Source: an uncultured Paludibacteraceae bacterium
Lineage (GTDB): Bacteria > Bacteroidota > Bacteroidia > Bacteroidales > Paludibacteraceae
NCBI GenBank assembly: GCA_964449415.1
Contig: CAYUYS010000001.1
Location: forward strand, 1-40,511
Direction of reading: 5' to 3'
Length of the DNA: 40,511 bases
This document shows, one piece after another, positions 8,309 to 19,193 of the stretch. Numbering within the stretch: position 1 is the first letter of the stretch; each line of letters starts with the position of its first letter. Under the pieces are notes generated by a model. It did not search any database. It worked only from the letters and a program-made list of their open reading frames with translations, and was not told the origin of the DNA. Both the position numbers and the translations under genes were made by a program.

Positions 8309-10435
8309 ATGTCCGACAGAAGAAGAAATATAGTCATCCGCTTCGGCATTATCTATTTCATAGTGCTGGTGGCTTTTTTTGGCGGCATTGTCACCAAAAT
8401 CATCATTATCCAGACAACGGAACGCGAGCAATGGCTTCAGTTGGCGCAAAAGCAAACAAAATCAGATATCATCGTCCATCCGAACCGCGGCAACATCTAT
8501 TCCTGCGAAGGACAACTGATGGCCAGCAGCATTCCTACCTATTATATATATATGGACACGCGTGTGCCCGCCCTGCACGAGAAGGATGGATTGTTGTACA
8601 AAACATATATCGACTCCGTATCGCAGGCATTGGCCGACTTTTTCAAGGACCGGTCGGCCGGCGAATACAAAAAAATGATTTCGCACGCTTACCAACGGGG
8701 AGATGGAAGTCTGTTGCTGTATCCGAAGCGCATCACATTCTCACAACTGAAGGCCGTACAGCAAATGCCCCTTTTCAACAAGGGCCGTTATAAAAGTGGG
8801 CTCATCAGTCGTCAGCAATACCGTCGCGTCAAGCCTTTCGGCTCGCTGGCAAGCCGCACCATCGGCGACATCTACGCTGATGAAACAAAAGGAGGCAAGA
8901 ACGGGCTGGAACTATACTTCAACGAAGAGCTGAAAGGCGTTCCCGGCATCAGCACACGCCAGAAGGCGGCCAACCGCTATGTCAACATCATAGAAATCGA
9001 GCCGCAGGACGGCATGGACATTATTTCAACCATCGACATCACCTTGCAGGACATAGCAGAAAAGTCGTTACTTGAAATGCTGCATAAGCTTGAGGCTCAT
9101 TCCGGCTATGTGGTCATGCTGGAAACACATACCGGCGAGGTGAAAGCCATTGTCAACATGCAACGCGGCAGCGATGGCAACTACTACGAACAACGCAACG
9201 GCGTGGTAGCCGACATGGCCGAACCCGGATCCACATTCAAAACCGCATCGCTCATGGCAGCCATTGACGATGGCAAAATAAATATATGGGACAGCATTGA
9301 TACCGGAAACGGTATTTTCCGATTTCACAACGTACCCATGCGCGACCACAATGTCCACAGAGGCGGTTTTGGGAAAATAACGGTGCAGAATGCGCTGGAA
9401 GCATCGTCCAACATAGGCATATCGCGCGTAATTGTAGATGCCTACGAAAAGAATCCTGCCGAATTTGTTGACAAACTCTATGCGATGGGATTAAACGAAC
9501 CCTTGGAGTTGGAAATTCCGGGTACGGCAAAACCATACATCCGTTCGCCCAAAGACAGCCACTGGTCCGGCACCACCTTACCATGGATGAGCATTGGATA
9601 TGAAGTGCAGATTCCGCCTATTTACACCGTAACCTTCTATAACGCCATAGCCAACGACGGCAAAATGGTCAAACCGTTTTTCGTAAAGGAAATTCGCAAG
9701 GATGGCCGTACTGTCAAAACATTTAGCACGGAAACAATACGCAACAGCATTTGCAGCGAACGCACACTCGGACAAATCCGCACCGCGCTGGAGGGCGTCG
9801 TCTGGAGCAAACGCTACGCTACCGCCGGTGCTGCACGCTCCGACAAGGTGCATATTGCCGGAAAAACCGGCACGGCACAGATTTCACGCGGTCTGTTGGG
9901 ATATAAAGGTGGCGGCAAAACCTATCAGGTTTCGTTTTGCGGTTTTTTCCCTTTTGATGACCCGCAATACACCTGTCTGTGCGTCATCCGCGAACCGGGA
10001 TCGAACTTTTATCCTTCGGGCGGAGCTATGTGTGGTACAGTGGTCAGACAAATTGCCGAACGCACCATGGCAAGCAAAACACGCATCACACCGGAGCAGA
10101 TGGCCGCGTCGAATAACTATCAGCCTGAAAAACCAACCATAAAGCGTGGCGTTCAGGAGGCTATCAACACGGCTGCCAAAGGCGTGGGTCTGCAACTGTC
10201 CGGCGAGCCAACGGAATGGGCACGCGTAAATGGCGAAATGGAATTTGTGAAACTGGATGTATCTCCCTACCTGATCCCTCGGGTGATTGGCATGGGAGCC
10301 AAAGATGCCGTCTATGCCATAGAACAGACCGGGATGAAAGCAGTTCTTGAAGGCCGCGGGCGGGTCGTAAGCCAAAGCATACAGGAAGGCAGCAAAGCCA
10401 CAAAGGGAGGGACTATCATTTTGAAATTACAATAA
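8309..10435 (+). CDS. ftsI: Class B penicillin-binding protein / peptidoglycan D,D-transpeptidase FtsI
   Basis: 708 aa with an N-terminal TM anchor. Transpeptidase motifs are STFK (PGSTFKTAS), SSN (ASSNIG) and KTG (GKTGTAQ). A C-terminal PASTA-like module of about 55 aa is present. Confidence 0.93.
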   Translation: MSDRRRNIVIRFGIIYFIVLVAFFGGIVTKIIIIQTTEREQWLQLAQKQTKSDIIVHPNRGNIYSCEGQLMASSIPTYYIYMDTRVPALHEKDGLLYKTYIDSVSQALADFFKDRSAGEYKKMISHAYQRGDGSLLLYPKRITFSQLKAVQQMPLFNKGRYKSGLISRQQYRRVKPFGSLASRTIGDIYADETKGGKNGLELYFNEELKGVPGISTRQKAANRYVNIIEIEPQDGMDIISTIDITLQDIAEKSLLEMLHKLEAHSGYVVMLETHTGEVKAIVNMQRGSDGNYYEQRNGVVADMAEPGSTFKTASLMAAIDDGKINIWDSIDTGNGIFRFHNVPMRDHNVHRGGFGKITVQNALEASSNIGISRVIVDAYEKNPAEFVDKLYAMGLNEPLELEIPGTAKPYIRSPKDSHWSGTTLPWMSIGYEVQIPPIYTVTFYNAIANDGKMVKPFFVKEIRKDGRTVKTFSTETIRNSICSERTLGQIRTALEGVVWSKRYATAGAARSDKVHIAGKTGTAQISRGLLGYKGGGKTYQVSFCGFFPFDDPQYTCLCVIREPGSNFYPSGGAMCGTVVRQIAERTMASKTRITPEQMAASNNYQPEKPTIKRGVQEAINTAAKGVGLQLSGEPTEWARVNGEMEFVKLDVSPYLIPRVIGMGAKDAVYAIEQTGMKAVLEGRGRVVSQSIQEGSKATKGGTIILKLQ

Positions 10436-10457
10436 AAACGCAAAACAGGAACAGAAT

Positions 10458-11909
10458 ATGAATTTGAAAGAATTGCTCAACAGCATAAAACCCGTTCGGG
10501 TTTTGGGAAACACCGACAGGGAAATAGCCAAAATCGAATTCGATTCCAGAAAAATCGGTTCAGGCGACTTGTTCGTGGCCACCACGGGTAGTGCCGTCGA
10601 CGGGCATCAATTTATCGGCAAAGCCATTGAAGCTGGTGCTACCGCTGTCGTGTGCCAGGTCTTGCCGGAAAAGCTCCCGGACAACATCTGTTTTGTCCAA
10701 GTGGCGGACAGTGCGGAGAGTTTGGGGTTTTTGGCTGCGCAATGGTACGGAAATCCATCGCACAAACTGACCCTGACCGGCGTTACCGGCACCAACGGCA
10801 AAACAACCATTGCCACGTTGTTGTACCAAACGCTGCGCGCAATGGGACATAAGAGTGGTTTGCTCAGCACGGTGTGCAACTACGTGGATGACCAGGCCAT
10901 AGAGACCACCCACACCACGCCGGATGCCCTGACTATCAACAAATTGCTGGCGGAAATGGTGGAAGCCGGCTGTTCGCACGCTTTCATGGAGGTCAGTTCG
11001 CATGCCATTGACCAAAAACGCATTGCCGGGCTGCATTTCGCCGGCGGCATTTTCACAAACCTGACACGCGACCATATCGACTACCACAAGCTGTTTGACA
11101 ACTATCGGGACGCGAAAAAGAAATTTTTCGACAACCTTCCGAAAACAGCCTTTGCCATTACAAACAAGGACGACAAAAACGGTCTGGTCATGCTCCAGAA
11201 CACGCAGGCCAAAAAATACACCTATTCCGTAAAAAGTCTGGCCGATTTCAAGGCAGATATTTTGGAAGAAGGTTTTGAAGGCATGTTGCTGCAAATAAAC
11301 GGCCGCGAAGTTTTTGTGCCGCTGGTAGGCCGTTTCAATGCCTACAATTTGTTGGCCATTTACGGTGCCGCCGTGAATCTCGGTGGAGAGCCCTCCGAGG
11401 TTTTGCGCATACTCAGCACGTTAAGTGCCGTGAACGGACGTTTCGAGGCCATCCGTTCCCCAAAGGGCTGGACAGCCATTGTAGATTATGCACATACGCC
11501 CGATGCCCTGACAAACGTTATCGAAACCATTAACGAAATACGCAAGCCGGGAAGCCGGCTCATCACGGTGGTAGGCTGCGGCGGAAACCGCGACAAGGGC
11601 AAACGCCCCATGATGGCACACGAAGCCATGGCCGGATCCACACAAGTGATCCTGACCAGCGACAACCCGCGCGATGAAGAACCGCAAGACATTCTGAATG
11701 ACATGTGGGCCGGATTGACCGCCGAAGAACAACATTCCGCCCTGATGATAACAGACCGCAGGCAGGCCATAAAAACAGCTTGCATGATGGCACAAAAGAA
11801 CGATGTGATCCTTGTCGCGGGAAAAGGACACGAAAACTACCAGATCATCAAAGGCGTCAAACATCATTTTGATGACCACGAAGAAATCAAGGCCCACATA
11901 ACGGCATAA
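10458..11909 (+). CDS. murE: UDP-N-acetylmuramoyl-L-alanyl-D-glutamate--2,6-diaminopimelate ligase
   Basis: 483 aa with the Mur ligase P-loop [10 protein letters not shown]. The DNPR motif ([10 protein letters not shown]) is typical of meso-DAP-adding MurE. Confidence 0.95.
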   Translation: MNLKELLNSIKPVRVLGNTDREIAKIEFDSRKIGSGDLFVATTGSAVDGHQFIGKAIEAGATAVVCQVLPEKLPDNICFVQVADSAESLGFLAAQWYGNPSHKLTLTGVTGTNGKTTIATLLYQTLRAMGHKSGLLSTVCNYVDDQAIETTHTTPDALTINKLLAEMVEAGCSHAFMEVSSHAIDQKRIAGLHFAGGIFTNLTRDHIDYHKLFDNYRDAKKKFFDNLPKTAFAITNKDDKNGLVMLQNTQAKKYTYSVKSLADFKADILEEGFEGMLLQINGREVFVPLVGRFNAYNLLAIYGAAVNLGGEPSEVLRILSTLSAVNGRFEAIRSPKGWTAIVDYAHTPDALTNVIETINEIRKPGSRLITVVGCGGNRDKGKRPMMAHEAMAGSTQVILTSDNPRDEEPQDILNDMWAGLTAEEQHSALMITDRRQAIKTACMMAQKNDVILVAGKGHENYQIIKGVKHHFDDHEEIKAHITA

Positions 11910-11933
11910 ACATAACCTAATAGCAAGAAAAGT

Positions 11934-13193
11934 ATGCTCTATTATCTTTTTCAATATCTGGACACGCTGGATATTCCCGGAGCGGGAATGTTCCAATACA
12001 TATCTTTCAGGTCGGGTATGGCCTTCCTTTTTGCGTTGATAACCGCCACGATTTTCGGCAAATGCATTATCCGTTTCCTGCGACGCAAACAAATCAGCGA
12101 AACCATCCGCAACCTCGGGCTGGAAGATCAAATGAGCAAGAAAGGTACGCCTACCATGGGTGGTATCATCATCATTCTGGCCATTCTGCTTCCGACCCTG
12201 CTGTTCACCAACCTGACCAACGTTTATATCCTGCTTATGATTGCCACCACTTTGTTGCTGGGTCTGTTGGGTTTCGTAGACGATTATATCAAAGTATTCA
12301 GGCACAACAAAGAAGGCCTGAACGGCCGTTTCAAAATCGTAGGGCAGGTGGCCGTCGGCTTGCTTGTCGGACTGGTCATGTGGTTTAGTCCGGATGTAAC
12401 CATACGGCAAAATGTAGAAACGCGCGTTGAAAACCGCATTGAATCAGTGGATTATAATCACCAAGACGAAAAATGCACAAAAACGACCATTCCGTTCGTC
12501 AAAAACAACAACATGGACTACGCCAACGCATTCAACTGGGCCGGCAAATACAAACAGACATTGGGCTGGATCTTTTTTGTGCTGATTTGCATTTTCATCG
12601 TCACGGCGGTGAGCAACGGCGCAAACCTGACCGATGGCCTCGATGGACTGGCCACAGGCAGTTCCGCCATTATCGGCATGGCGCTGGGCATTCTGGCCTA
12701 TGTTTCGGGAAACATCAATCATGCAAGTTTCCTGAACATCATGTACATTCCGAACATTGGCGAGATGATGATATTCGCATCCGCATTCATTGGTGCGACG
12801 GTAGGCTTCCTTTGGTTCAATTGTTACCCGGCCCAGGTGTTCATGGGCGACACGGGCAGTCTGACCCTAGGCGGCATCATTGCCGTGTTTGCCATTATCA
12901 TCCGCAAGGAGCTGCTGATTCCCATTTTGTGCGGCATATTCTTGGTAGAAAGCCTGTCTGTCATCATGCAGACGCTTTATTTCAAGTACACGAAAAAGAA
13001 AACCGGCACGGGGCGTCGCATTTTCAAGATGGCTCCCTTGCACCATCATTACCAGAAACCCGGCAACGCAGGCATTGATGCCTTGTGGCAAAAACCTTTG
13101 CAAGCCATGCCGGAAAGCCGCATTGTCGTACGTTTCTGGATTATCGGCCTTATTCTGGCTGCCATTACAATCATTACGCTGAAAATGAGATAA
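11934..13193 (+). CDS. mraY: Phospho-N-acetylmuramoyl-pentapeptide transferase
   Basis: 419 aa and polytopic. Motifs are [22 protein letters not shown] and MAPLHHHY. Confidence 0.95.
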   Translation: MLYYLFQYLDTLDIPGAGMFQYISFRSGMAFLFALITATIFGKCIIRFLRRKQISETIRNLGLEDQMSKKGTPTMGGIIIILAILLPTLLFTNLTNVYILLMIATTLLLGLLGFVDDYIKVFRHNKEGLNGRFKIVGQVAVGLLVGLVMWFSPDVTIRQNVETRVENRIESVDYNHQDEKCTKTTIPFVKNNNMDYANAFNWAGKYKQTLGWIFFVLICIFIVTAVSNGANLTDGLDGLATGSSAIIGMALGILAYVSGNINHASFLNIMYIPNIGEMMIFASAFIGATVGFLWFNCYPAQVFMGDTGSLTLGGIIAVFAIIIRKELLIPILCGIFLVESLSVIMQTLYFKYTKKKTGTGRRIFKMAPLHHHYQKPGNAGIDALWQKPLQAMPESRIVVRFWIIGLILAAITIITLKMR

Positions 13194-13226
13194 AAATACA
13201 ATTCCAATTTCAAAAAATCATCGGCT

Positions 13227-14597
13227 ATGAACCGTAATTCCAATACACCATCCGCTCCCAAAAAGAAAATCGTTGTGCTTGGCGCAGGCGAAAGCGGGAC
13301 AGGAGCCGCCATTCTGGCACACGAGAAAGGCTTCGATGTATTCGTTTCGGATATGGGTAGCATCAAACTGCCCTATAAAGCCATGCTCGACCAGCATGGC
13401 ATTGCGTGGGAAGAAGGTGCTCACATGACTGCCAAAATTCTGGCCGCCGATGAAGTCATCAAAAGTCCCGGCATACCCGAAAACGCCCCGCTCATCCAAC
13501 AATTGAAGGCACAAGGCACGCCGGTTATTTCCGAAATTGAATTCGCCGCGCGCTACACGCAGGCCAAAATGATTTGCATTACCGGCTCGAACGGGAAAAC
13601 CACAACCACGACATTGGTGTATGAAATCCTGCGCAAAGCCGGACTCGATGTCGGACTGGCCGGCAACATCGGCAACAGCCTTGCGCTGCAAGTCGCCCAC
13701 GAACAACACGATTATTATGTTATCGAACTGAGCAGTTTTCAGCTGGACAACATGTACAAGTTCAAGGCCGACATAGCCATTTTGCTAAACATCACGCCCG
13801 ACCATTTGGACCGGTACGACCATACGTTTCAGAACTATGTGAACGCCAAATTCCGCATAACCCGCAACCAGACCAAAAGCGATGCCTTCATTTATTGGAG
13901 CGAGGATCCCGTCATCGATGCCGAACTGAAAAAACTGCATCTCGGCGCGACACTGTACCCATTCGGAACGGAACGGAACGGGCACAATATCGCATACATC
14001 GAAAACAACCATTTCGTCATTCATACCGATTTGAAAACGCCCTTCGTCATGCCGCTGCAAGACCTTTCGCTGAAAGGCCGGCACAACACCTACAATTCCA
14101 TGGCCGCCGGCATTGCCGCGGAAATCCTGCACATCAAAAAGGACACTATCCGCGAGGCCTTGGCCAATTTCCAAGGCGTGGAACACCGTCTGGAATATGT
14201 CGCAACTGTGCGCAACGTGCGTTTTATTAACGACAGCAAAGCCACCAACGTAAATTCATGCTGGTACGCGCTGGAAAGCATGACTACGCCTACGGTGCTG
14301 ATTCTGGGAGGCAAAGACAAAGGCAATGATTACAGCGAAATAGAAGCCTTGGTCAAGGAAAAAGTGCACACACTCGTTTTCATGGGGCTGCACAACGAGC
14401 CACTGCACCGGTTCTTTGGCGGGAAAGGCATAGATATCATCGATACGGACAACATACAAGATGCCGTGCATGCCGCCTACGAAGCCGCACACGAAGGAGA
14501 CACCGTGCTTTTATCGCCCTGCTGCGCAAGTTTCGACCTGTTTACTAACTACGAAGACCGCGGCAGGCAATTCAAACAAATAGTCAGAAGCCTGTAA
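13227..14597 (+). CDS. murD: UDP-N-acetylmuramoylalanine--D-glutamate ligase
   Basis: 456 aa with an N-terminal Rossmann motif (VVLGAGESG) and the P-loop ITGSNGKTTTT. Confidence 0.95.
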   Translation: MNRNSNTPSAPKKKIVVLGAGESGTGAAILAHEKGFDVFVSDMGSIKLPYKAMLDQHGIAWEEGAHMTAKILAADEVIKSPGIPENAPLIQQLKAQGTPVISEIEFAARYTQAKMICITGSNGKTTTTTLVYEILRKAGLDVGLAGNIGNSLALQVAHEQHDYYVIELSSFQLDNMYKFKADIAILLNITPDHLDRYDHTFQNYVNAKFRITRNQTKSDAFIYWSEDPVIDAELKKLHLGATLYPFGTERNGHNIAYIENNHFVIHTDLKTPFVMPLQDLSLKGRHNTYNSMAAGIAAEILHIKKDTIREALANFQGVEHRLEYVATVRNVRFINDSKATNVNSCWYALESMTTPTVLILGGKDKGNDYSEIEALVKEKVHTLVFMGLHNEPLHRFFGGKGIDIIDTDNIQDAVHAAYEAAHEGDTVLLSPCCASFDLFTNYEDRGRQFKQIVRSL

Positions 14598-14607
14598 ACC
14601 ACACATT

Positions 14608-15831
14608 ATGAGCTCATTTCTCAGAAAATATCTGCAAGGTGACGCGGTACTCTGGATCGTGTTTTTCCTGCTGTGCGCCGTTTCCATTCTGGAAATGTAC
14701 AGCGCCAGCAGCACCTTGGCCTACAAGGCGGCCAAGCACACCGCGCCCATCATGTCGCACATAACTTTCTTGGCAGCCGGTACGTTGTTGGTTTTTGCCG
14801 TCCATTTGATTCCCACGCAAATCGTGCGGATTCTGTCCTATCCGGCCTTATTGGTTTCGCTTATCTTGTTGGTGCTCACGCCTTTCATTGGGATTACGGA
14901 AAACAATGCCACCCGCTGGATAGAGCTGTTCGGCATTCGCTTCCAACCTTCGGAAATAGCCAAACTGTCGGTGGTCATCGTATGCGCCGACCTGATTTCA
15001 CGCATTCGCGATGAAGAATCGGAAAAGACCTTTTTCAAGTACATTATCGGCATTTGCCTGACCGCGTGTGCTTTGATTGTCATAGCCAACCTGTCAACGG
15101 CCATATTGCTGTTCGGCATCGTGTTTATCATGATGTTTGTCGGCCGTATTTCGTTCAAGCGCATTTTGCCACCCGTTCTGATATTGCTGCTGTGCGGCCT
15201 GCTCGGCTTTTTTGTCGTCAAGGCCATTCCGCAGGAAAAGATGCCGAACGTGCTGGGACGCACTCACATCTGGGTAGCCCGCATAGACAGGTTTGTGGAA
15301 GGAAACAACACCGAAAACAAATACGTAATCACGGATGAAAACCTACAGGAACAACACGGCAAAATGGCCGTTGCACGCGGCGGTTTTTTCGGTGTCTTGC
15401 CGGGAAACAGCGTGGAACGCGACTATCTGCCGCTGGCATACGCCGACTATATTTATGCCATTATCATCGAAGAAACCGGCCTGATTGGCGGTTTGTTTGT
15501 CATTCTGCTCTACTTGATCCTGCTTTTTCATGCCGGAAATATTGCCCAGAAATGCGAAGGCACTTTTTCGGCCTTGCTGGTTATCGGACTTTCCTTAATG
15601 ATTGTGATACAGGCATTTATCAGCATGAGCGTATCTGTCGGCCTGATTCCCGTCACGGGGCAGCCACTGCCGCTTATCAGCCGTGGAGGCACATCCATAT
15701 TGATTACAAGCCTGTATTTCGGTATCATTCTGGGAGTTACGCGCAAATACCGCAAGGAAAAAGCCAAGCAGGAGGAAGTGAAAAACGAAAGTGCGCAAGA
15801 CATTCCGACCATTGACATAGAAGAACTGTAA
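14608..15831 (+). CDS. ftsW: SEDS-family peptidoglycan glycosyltransferase FtsW
   Basis: 407 aa and polytopic, with FQPSEIAKL and the LISRGGTS motif. It sits in the dcw position between murD and murG. Confidence 0.92.
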   Translation: MSSFLRKYLQGDAVLWIVFFLLCAVSILEMYSASSTLAYKAAKHTAPIMSHITFLAAGTLLVFAVHLIPTQIVRILSYPALLVSLILLVLTPFIGITENNATRWIELFGIRFQPSEIAKLSVVIVCADLISRIRDEESEKTFFKYIIGICLTACALIVIANLSTAILLFGIVFIMMFVGRISFKRILPPVLILLLCGLLGFFVVKAIPQEKMPNVLGRTHIWVARIDRFVEGNNTENKYVITDENLQEQHGKMAVARGGFFGVLPGNSVERDYLPLAYADYIYAIIIEETGLIGGLFVILLYLILLFHAGNIAQKCEGTFSALLVIGLSLMIVIQAFISMSVSVGLIPVTGQPLPLISRGGTSILITSLYFGIILGVTRKYRKEKAKQEEVKNESAQDIPTIDIEEL

Positions 15832-15834
15832 AAG

Positions 15835-16959
15835 ATGTGGATTATGGATACAAACAACACAAATGCACGGCCCAAACGTTTCGTCATATCGGGAGGTGGC
15901 ACCGGCGGACATATTTTTCCTGCCGTCAGCATAGCCAATGCACTGAAAGAACTTTGCCCGGATTGCGAAATCCTGTTTATCGGCGCGCTCGGACGCATGG
16001 AAATGGAACGTGTGCCGGCAGCCGGTTACAACATCATTGGCTTGCCCATACGCGGTTTCGACCGCAAAAAACTGTGGAAAAACATTTCCGTACTCCGGGA
16101 CTTGTGGAAAAGCCTGCGCATGGCACGCAAAATCCTCCAGGATTTCCGGCCTGATTTGGCCGTGGGGGTAGGCGGATATGCCAGCGGAGCCGCACTGAAG
16201 GCAGCCAACCGCCTGGGCATACCCACCGTCATACAAGAACAAAACTCATTTGCCGGCATAACCAACAAGTTGTTGGCCAAAGATGCGCAAAAAATATTCG
16301 TCGCCTACGAGGGCATGGAAAAATTCTTCCCCGCCGAGAAAATCGTGCTGGCCGGCAACCCGATACGCCAGTCACTGTCGGACATCCGGCCCAAAGCCGC
16401 GGAAGCCTACACATACTTCAAACTGCAACCGGACAAGCAGACACTCCTGATTATCGGCGGAAGTCTGGGAGCACGCACGATAAACAACAGCGTCATCAAG
16501 CATTTGGCCGAACTGCAACAATCGGACATCCAAGTTATCTGGCAAACCGGGAAAATCTATTTTGAGCAGGCCAAAAAGGCTTCCGAACAAGTTGTTTGCC
16601 CAAATTTGCTTGTGCAAGATTTTGTGAGCCGTATGGACTACGCCTATTCCGTTGCCGATTTGGTCGTATCGCGAGCCGGGGCCGGCAGTATTTCCGAACT
16701 GTGCCTCTTGGGTAAACCGGCCATCCTTGTTCCATCGCCAAACGTAGCGGAAGACCATCAAACGCATAATGCCATGGCGCTGGTAAATAAAGACGCAGCC
16801 GTTTTGGTGAAAGATGCCGAAGCAGAAAACAAGCTGATCGGTTGTGCGCTGGAACTGCTGGCCGACAGCCAACGACTCGGGCAACTGTCTGAGAACATCA
16901 GCCGGCTGGCGCAGAAAGACTCGGCCATGCGCATTGCCAAAGAAACATTGAATCTGTAA
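15835..16959 (+). CDS. murG: UDP-N-acetylglucosamine--N-acetylmuramyl-(pentapeptide) pyrophosphoryl-undecaprenol GlcNAc transferase
   Basis: 374 aa with the G-loop SGGGTGGHIFPA and a GT28 C-terminal domain (AGAGSISEL). An alternative start is at 15844. Confidence 0.95.
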   Translation: MWIMDTNNTNARPKRFVISGGGTGGHIFPAVSIANALKELCPDCEILFIGALGRMEMERVPAAGYNIIGLPIRGFDRKKLWKNISVLRDLWKSLRMARKILQDFRPDLAVGVGGYASGAALKAANRLGIPTVIQEQNSFAGITNKLLAKDAQKIFVAYEGMEKFFPAEKIVLAGNPIRQSLSDIRPKAAEAYTYFKLQPDKQTLLIIGGSLGARTINNSVIKHLAELQQSDIQVIWQTGKIYFEQAKKASEQVVCPNLLVQDFVSRMDYAYSVADLVVSRAGAGSISELCLLGKPAILVPSPNVAEDHQTHNAMALVNKDAAVLVKDAEAENKLIGCALELLADSQRLGQLSENISRLAQKDSAMRIAKETLNL

Positions 16960-17005
16960 AAACTGAATAAGAAAACCGGATTTATAACTTCTGCCATAAA
17001 ATTCG

Positions 17006-17013
17006 TACCTTTG
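17006..17013 (+). promoter_or_regulatory. Candidate internal dcw promoter -7 box (TACCTTTG) upstream of murC
   Basis: Exact TAnnTTTG match with TTTA 21 nt upstream. It lies in the only sizeable gap (104 nt) inside the cluster, 51 nt before the murC ATG at 17064. Confidence 0.45.
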
Positions 17014-17063
17014 CGGGCTTGATTGAAAGAATCTTCAACCGGCTTGCTTATAAATTGAAGTCT

Positions 17064-18434
17064 ATGTATACAAATTACTATTTTCTCGGAATAGGTGGCA
17101 TCGGAATGAGTGCCATTGCCCGCTATTTCCGATTCAAGGGTTGCGTTGTAGGGGGCTACGACCGTGTTCGCACACCGCTCGTCGGCGAGCTGGAAGCGGA
17201 AGGCATACAGGTTGTGCTGAACAGCGATGTGGCTTCCATTCCGGATGTTTTTCTGGACAAGACGCAGACACTCATCGTACGCACGCCCGCCGTCCCGGAT
17301 GACCACGAACAGCTATGCTATTTCAGGGAAAATGGTTTTCAGATAAAAAAACGTGCAGAAGTGCTTGGTGACATAACGCGGCAAGGAAAAAGTTTGTGCG
17401 TGGCCGGAACACACGGCAAAACCACCACCAGCACCATTCTGGCCCATTTGCTGTATCAATCCGAAATAGAGTGCAATGCTTTTCTGGGCGGCATAAGCAA
17501 CAATTACAACACCAACTTGCTCCTGTCGTCAAACAGCAACCTGATGGTTGTGGAAGCCGATGAATTCGACCGGTCGTTCCACCAACTGTCGCCCTACATG
17601 GCCATCATCACCGCCGACGACCCGGATCATTTGGACATTTACGGCAATGCGGCCGGTTTTCGTGAAGGCCTCGAACATTTCACATCGCTTATACAGCCGG
17701 GCGGCGCATTGCTCATGCACAAAGGTCTGAACATTACGCCACGTTTGGCCGCAGGCGTGAAGCAATATACCTATTCCGAAAATGAAGGCGATTTTCATGC
17801 GGCAAACATCACCATCGCGGACGGAGAAATACGCTTCGACTTCGTAACGCCGAACGACATCATAAAAGACCTGAAATTAGGAGTTCCCGTCAAGATTAAC
17901 ATCGTTAACAGCATTGCCGCCATGGCAATAGCATGGCTCAACGGCGTTTCGAACAACGAATTGCGCATCGGCCTGAGTTCGTATGCCGGAATTTACCGGC
18001 GTTTCAATATTTTGGTAAAGAACGAACATGTCGTATTGGTCGACGATTACTCGCATCATCCAACCGAGTTGCACGCCAGCATAACATCCATAAAAGCCTT
18101 GTTTCCGAACAAAAAAATTACCGGCGTTTTCCAGCCACATTTGTATACGCGGACGCGCGATTTTGCCGATGGGTTTGCCAAAGAACTTTCGCTGTTGGAC
18201 GAAATTATTTTGTTGCCCATCTACCCCGCGCGTGAACTGCCCATAAAAGGCGTAAGTTCCGAAATGTTGCTGGACAAAATAACCAACAAGCACAAAATGC
18301 TTTGTCCGAAGGAAGATCTGGTGCAGTTGCTGGCTTCCCGCAACGATGAAGTCATTGTCACCTTGGGTGCCGGCGACATAGATGCCATCGTGCCGAAAAT
18401 CAAAGACATGCTGGTTCAGAAGAAGTGGAATTGA
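17064..18434 (+). CDS. murC: UDP-N-acetylmuramate--L-alanine ligase
   Basis: 456 aa from MYTNYYFLGIGGIGMSAIA, with the P-loop GTHGKTTTS. The ORF-track start at 17019 falls at or before the predicted transcription start. Confidence 0.93.
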   Translation: MYTNYYFLGIGGIGMSAIARYFRFKGCVVGGYDRVRTPLVGELEAEGIQVVLNSDVASIPDVFLDKTQTLIVRTPAVPDDHEQLCYFRENGFQIKKRAEVLGDITRQGKSLCVAGTHGKTTTSTILAHLLYQSEIECNAFLGGISNNYNTNLLLSSNSNLMVVEADEFDRSFHQLSPYMAIITADDPDHLDIYGNAAGFREGLEHFTSLIQPGGALLMHKGLNITPRLAAGVKQYTYSENEGDFHAANITIADGEIRFDFVTPNDIIKDLKLGVPVKINIVNSIAAMAIAWLNGVSNNELRIGLSSYAGIYRRFNILVKNEHVVLVDDYSHHPTELHASITSIKALFPNKKITGVFQPHLYTRTRDFADGFAKELSLLDEIILLPIYPARELPIKGVSSEMLLDKITNKHKMLCPKEDLVQLLASRNDEVIVTLGAGDIDAIVPKIKDMLVQKKWN

Positions 18435-18446
18435 CAAACCATTCGC

Positions 18447-19184
18447 ATGAAGACGGTTCGTTTCATATTGCTTTGCGTAAGTTCCCTGCTGATAGTGGCC
18501 TATCTGGCATGGAGCACTTGTTTTGTCGACAGGCAAGACAGCGAAGCCGTCTGCACCGCCGTTAACATATACATAAACGACAGCATTCAACGGCAATTCG
18601 TGTCCAAGCAGGAAATCATGGAACTGCTGAACCGAAACGGGCTCAATCCACTCGGACACAACATGCAAAAAATCAACATGGGAAAGATAGAAGATGCGCT
18701 TTCCGAACACGACATGATAAGCAAGGTAGAATGCTACAAAACGCCATCGCACAAAATCAACATAGAACTGACACAACGTGAGCCAAAATTTCGTGTTATC
18801 ACCCGGACAGAGAGCTATTATGTTGATACAGAACGAAGAACAATGCCTACAAGCACCCGCCATGCGGCCTACGTACCCGTTGCGAGCGGAAACAAAATCA
18901 GCAAGGAACTGGCCTGCGGCAAACTCTATGACTTCGTATCTTTCATCGAAAACAACAACTTCTGGAACGCCCAGATAGAGCAGATATACATTCGTGACGA
19001 TACTAAAATTGAATTGGTTCCGCGCATTGGCGGACACATTATCCTGCTCGGCTATCTGGATGAATACGAACACAAGCTGGACAAACTTTACAAGTTATAC
19101 ACGGAAGGTTTCAGCAAAATAGGCTGGAAAGCATATAAAGTCATAGATTTGCAGTATAAGAACCAGATAGTTTGTAAGAAATAG
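18447..19184 (+). CDS. ftsQ: Cell division protein FtsQ
   Basis: 245 aa with an N-terminal TM helix and a POTRA-like region. It sits in the canonical position between murC and ftsA. Confidence 0.8.
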   Translation: MKTVRFILLCVSSLLIVAYLAWSTCFVDRQDSEAVCTAVNIYINDSIQRQFVSKQEIMELLNRNGLNPLGHNMQKINMGKIEDALSEHDMISKVECYKTPSHKINIELTQREPKFRVITRTESYYVDTERRTMPTSTRHAAYVPVASGNKISKELACGKLYDFVSFIENNNFWNAQIEQIYIRDDTKIELVPRIGGHIILLGYLDEYEHKLDKLYKLYTEGFSKIGWKAYKVIDLQYKNQIVCKK

Positions 19185-19193
19185 GAGCAGTTT

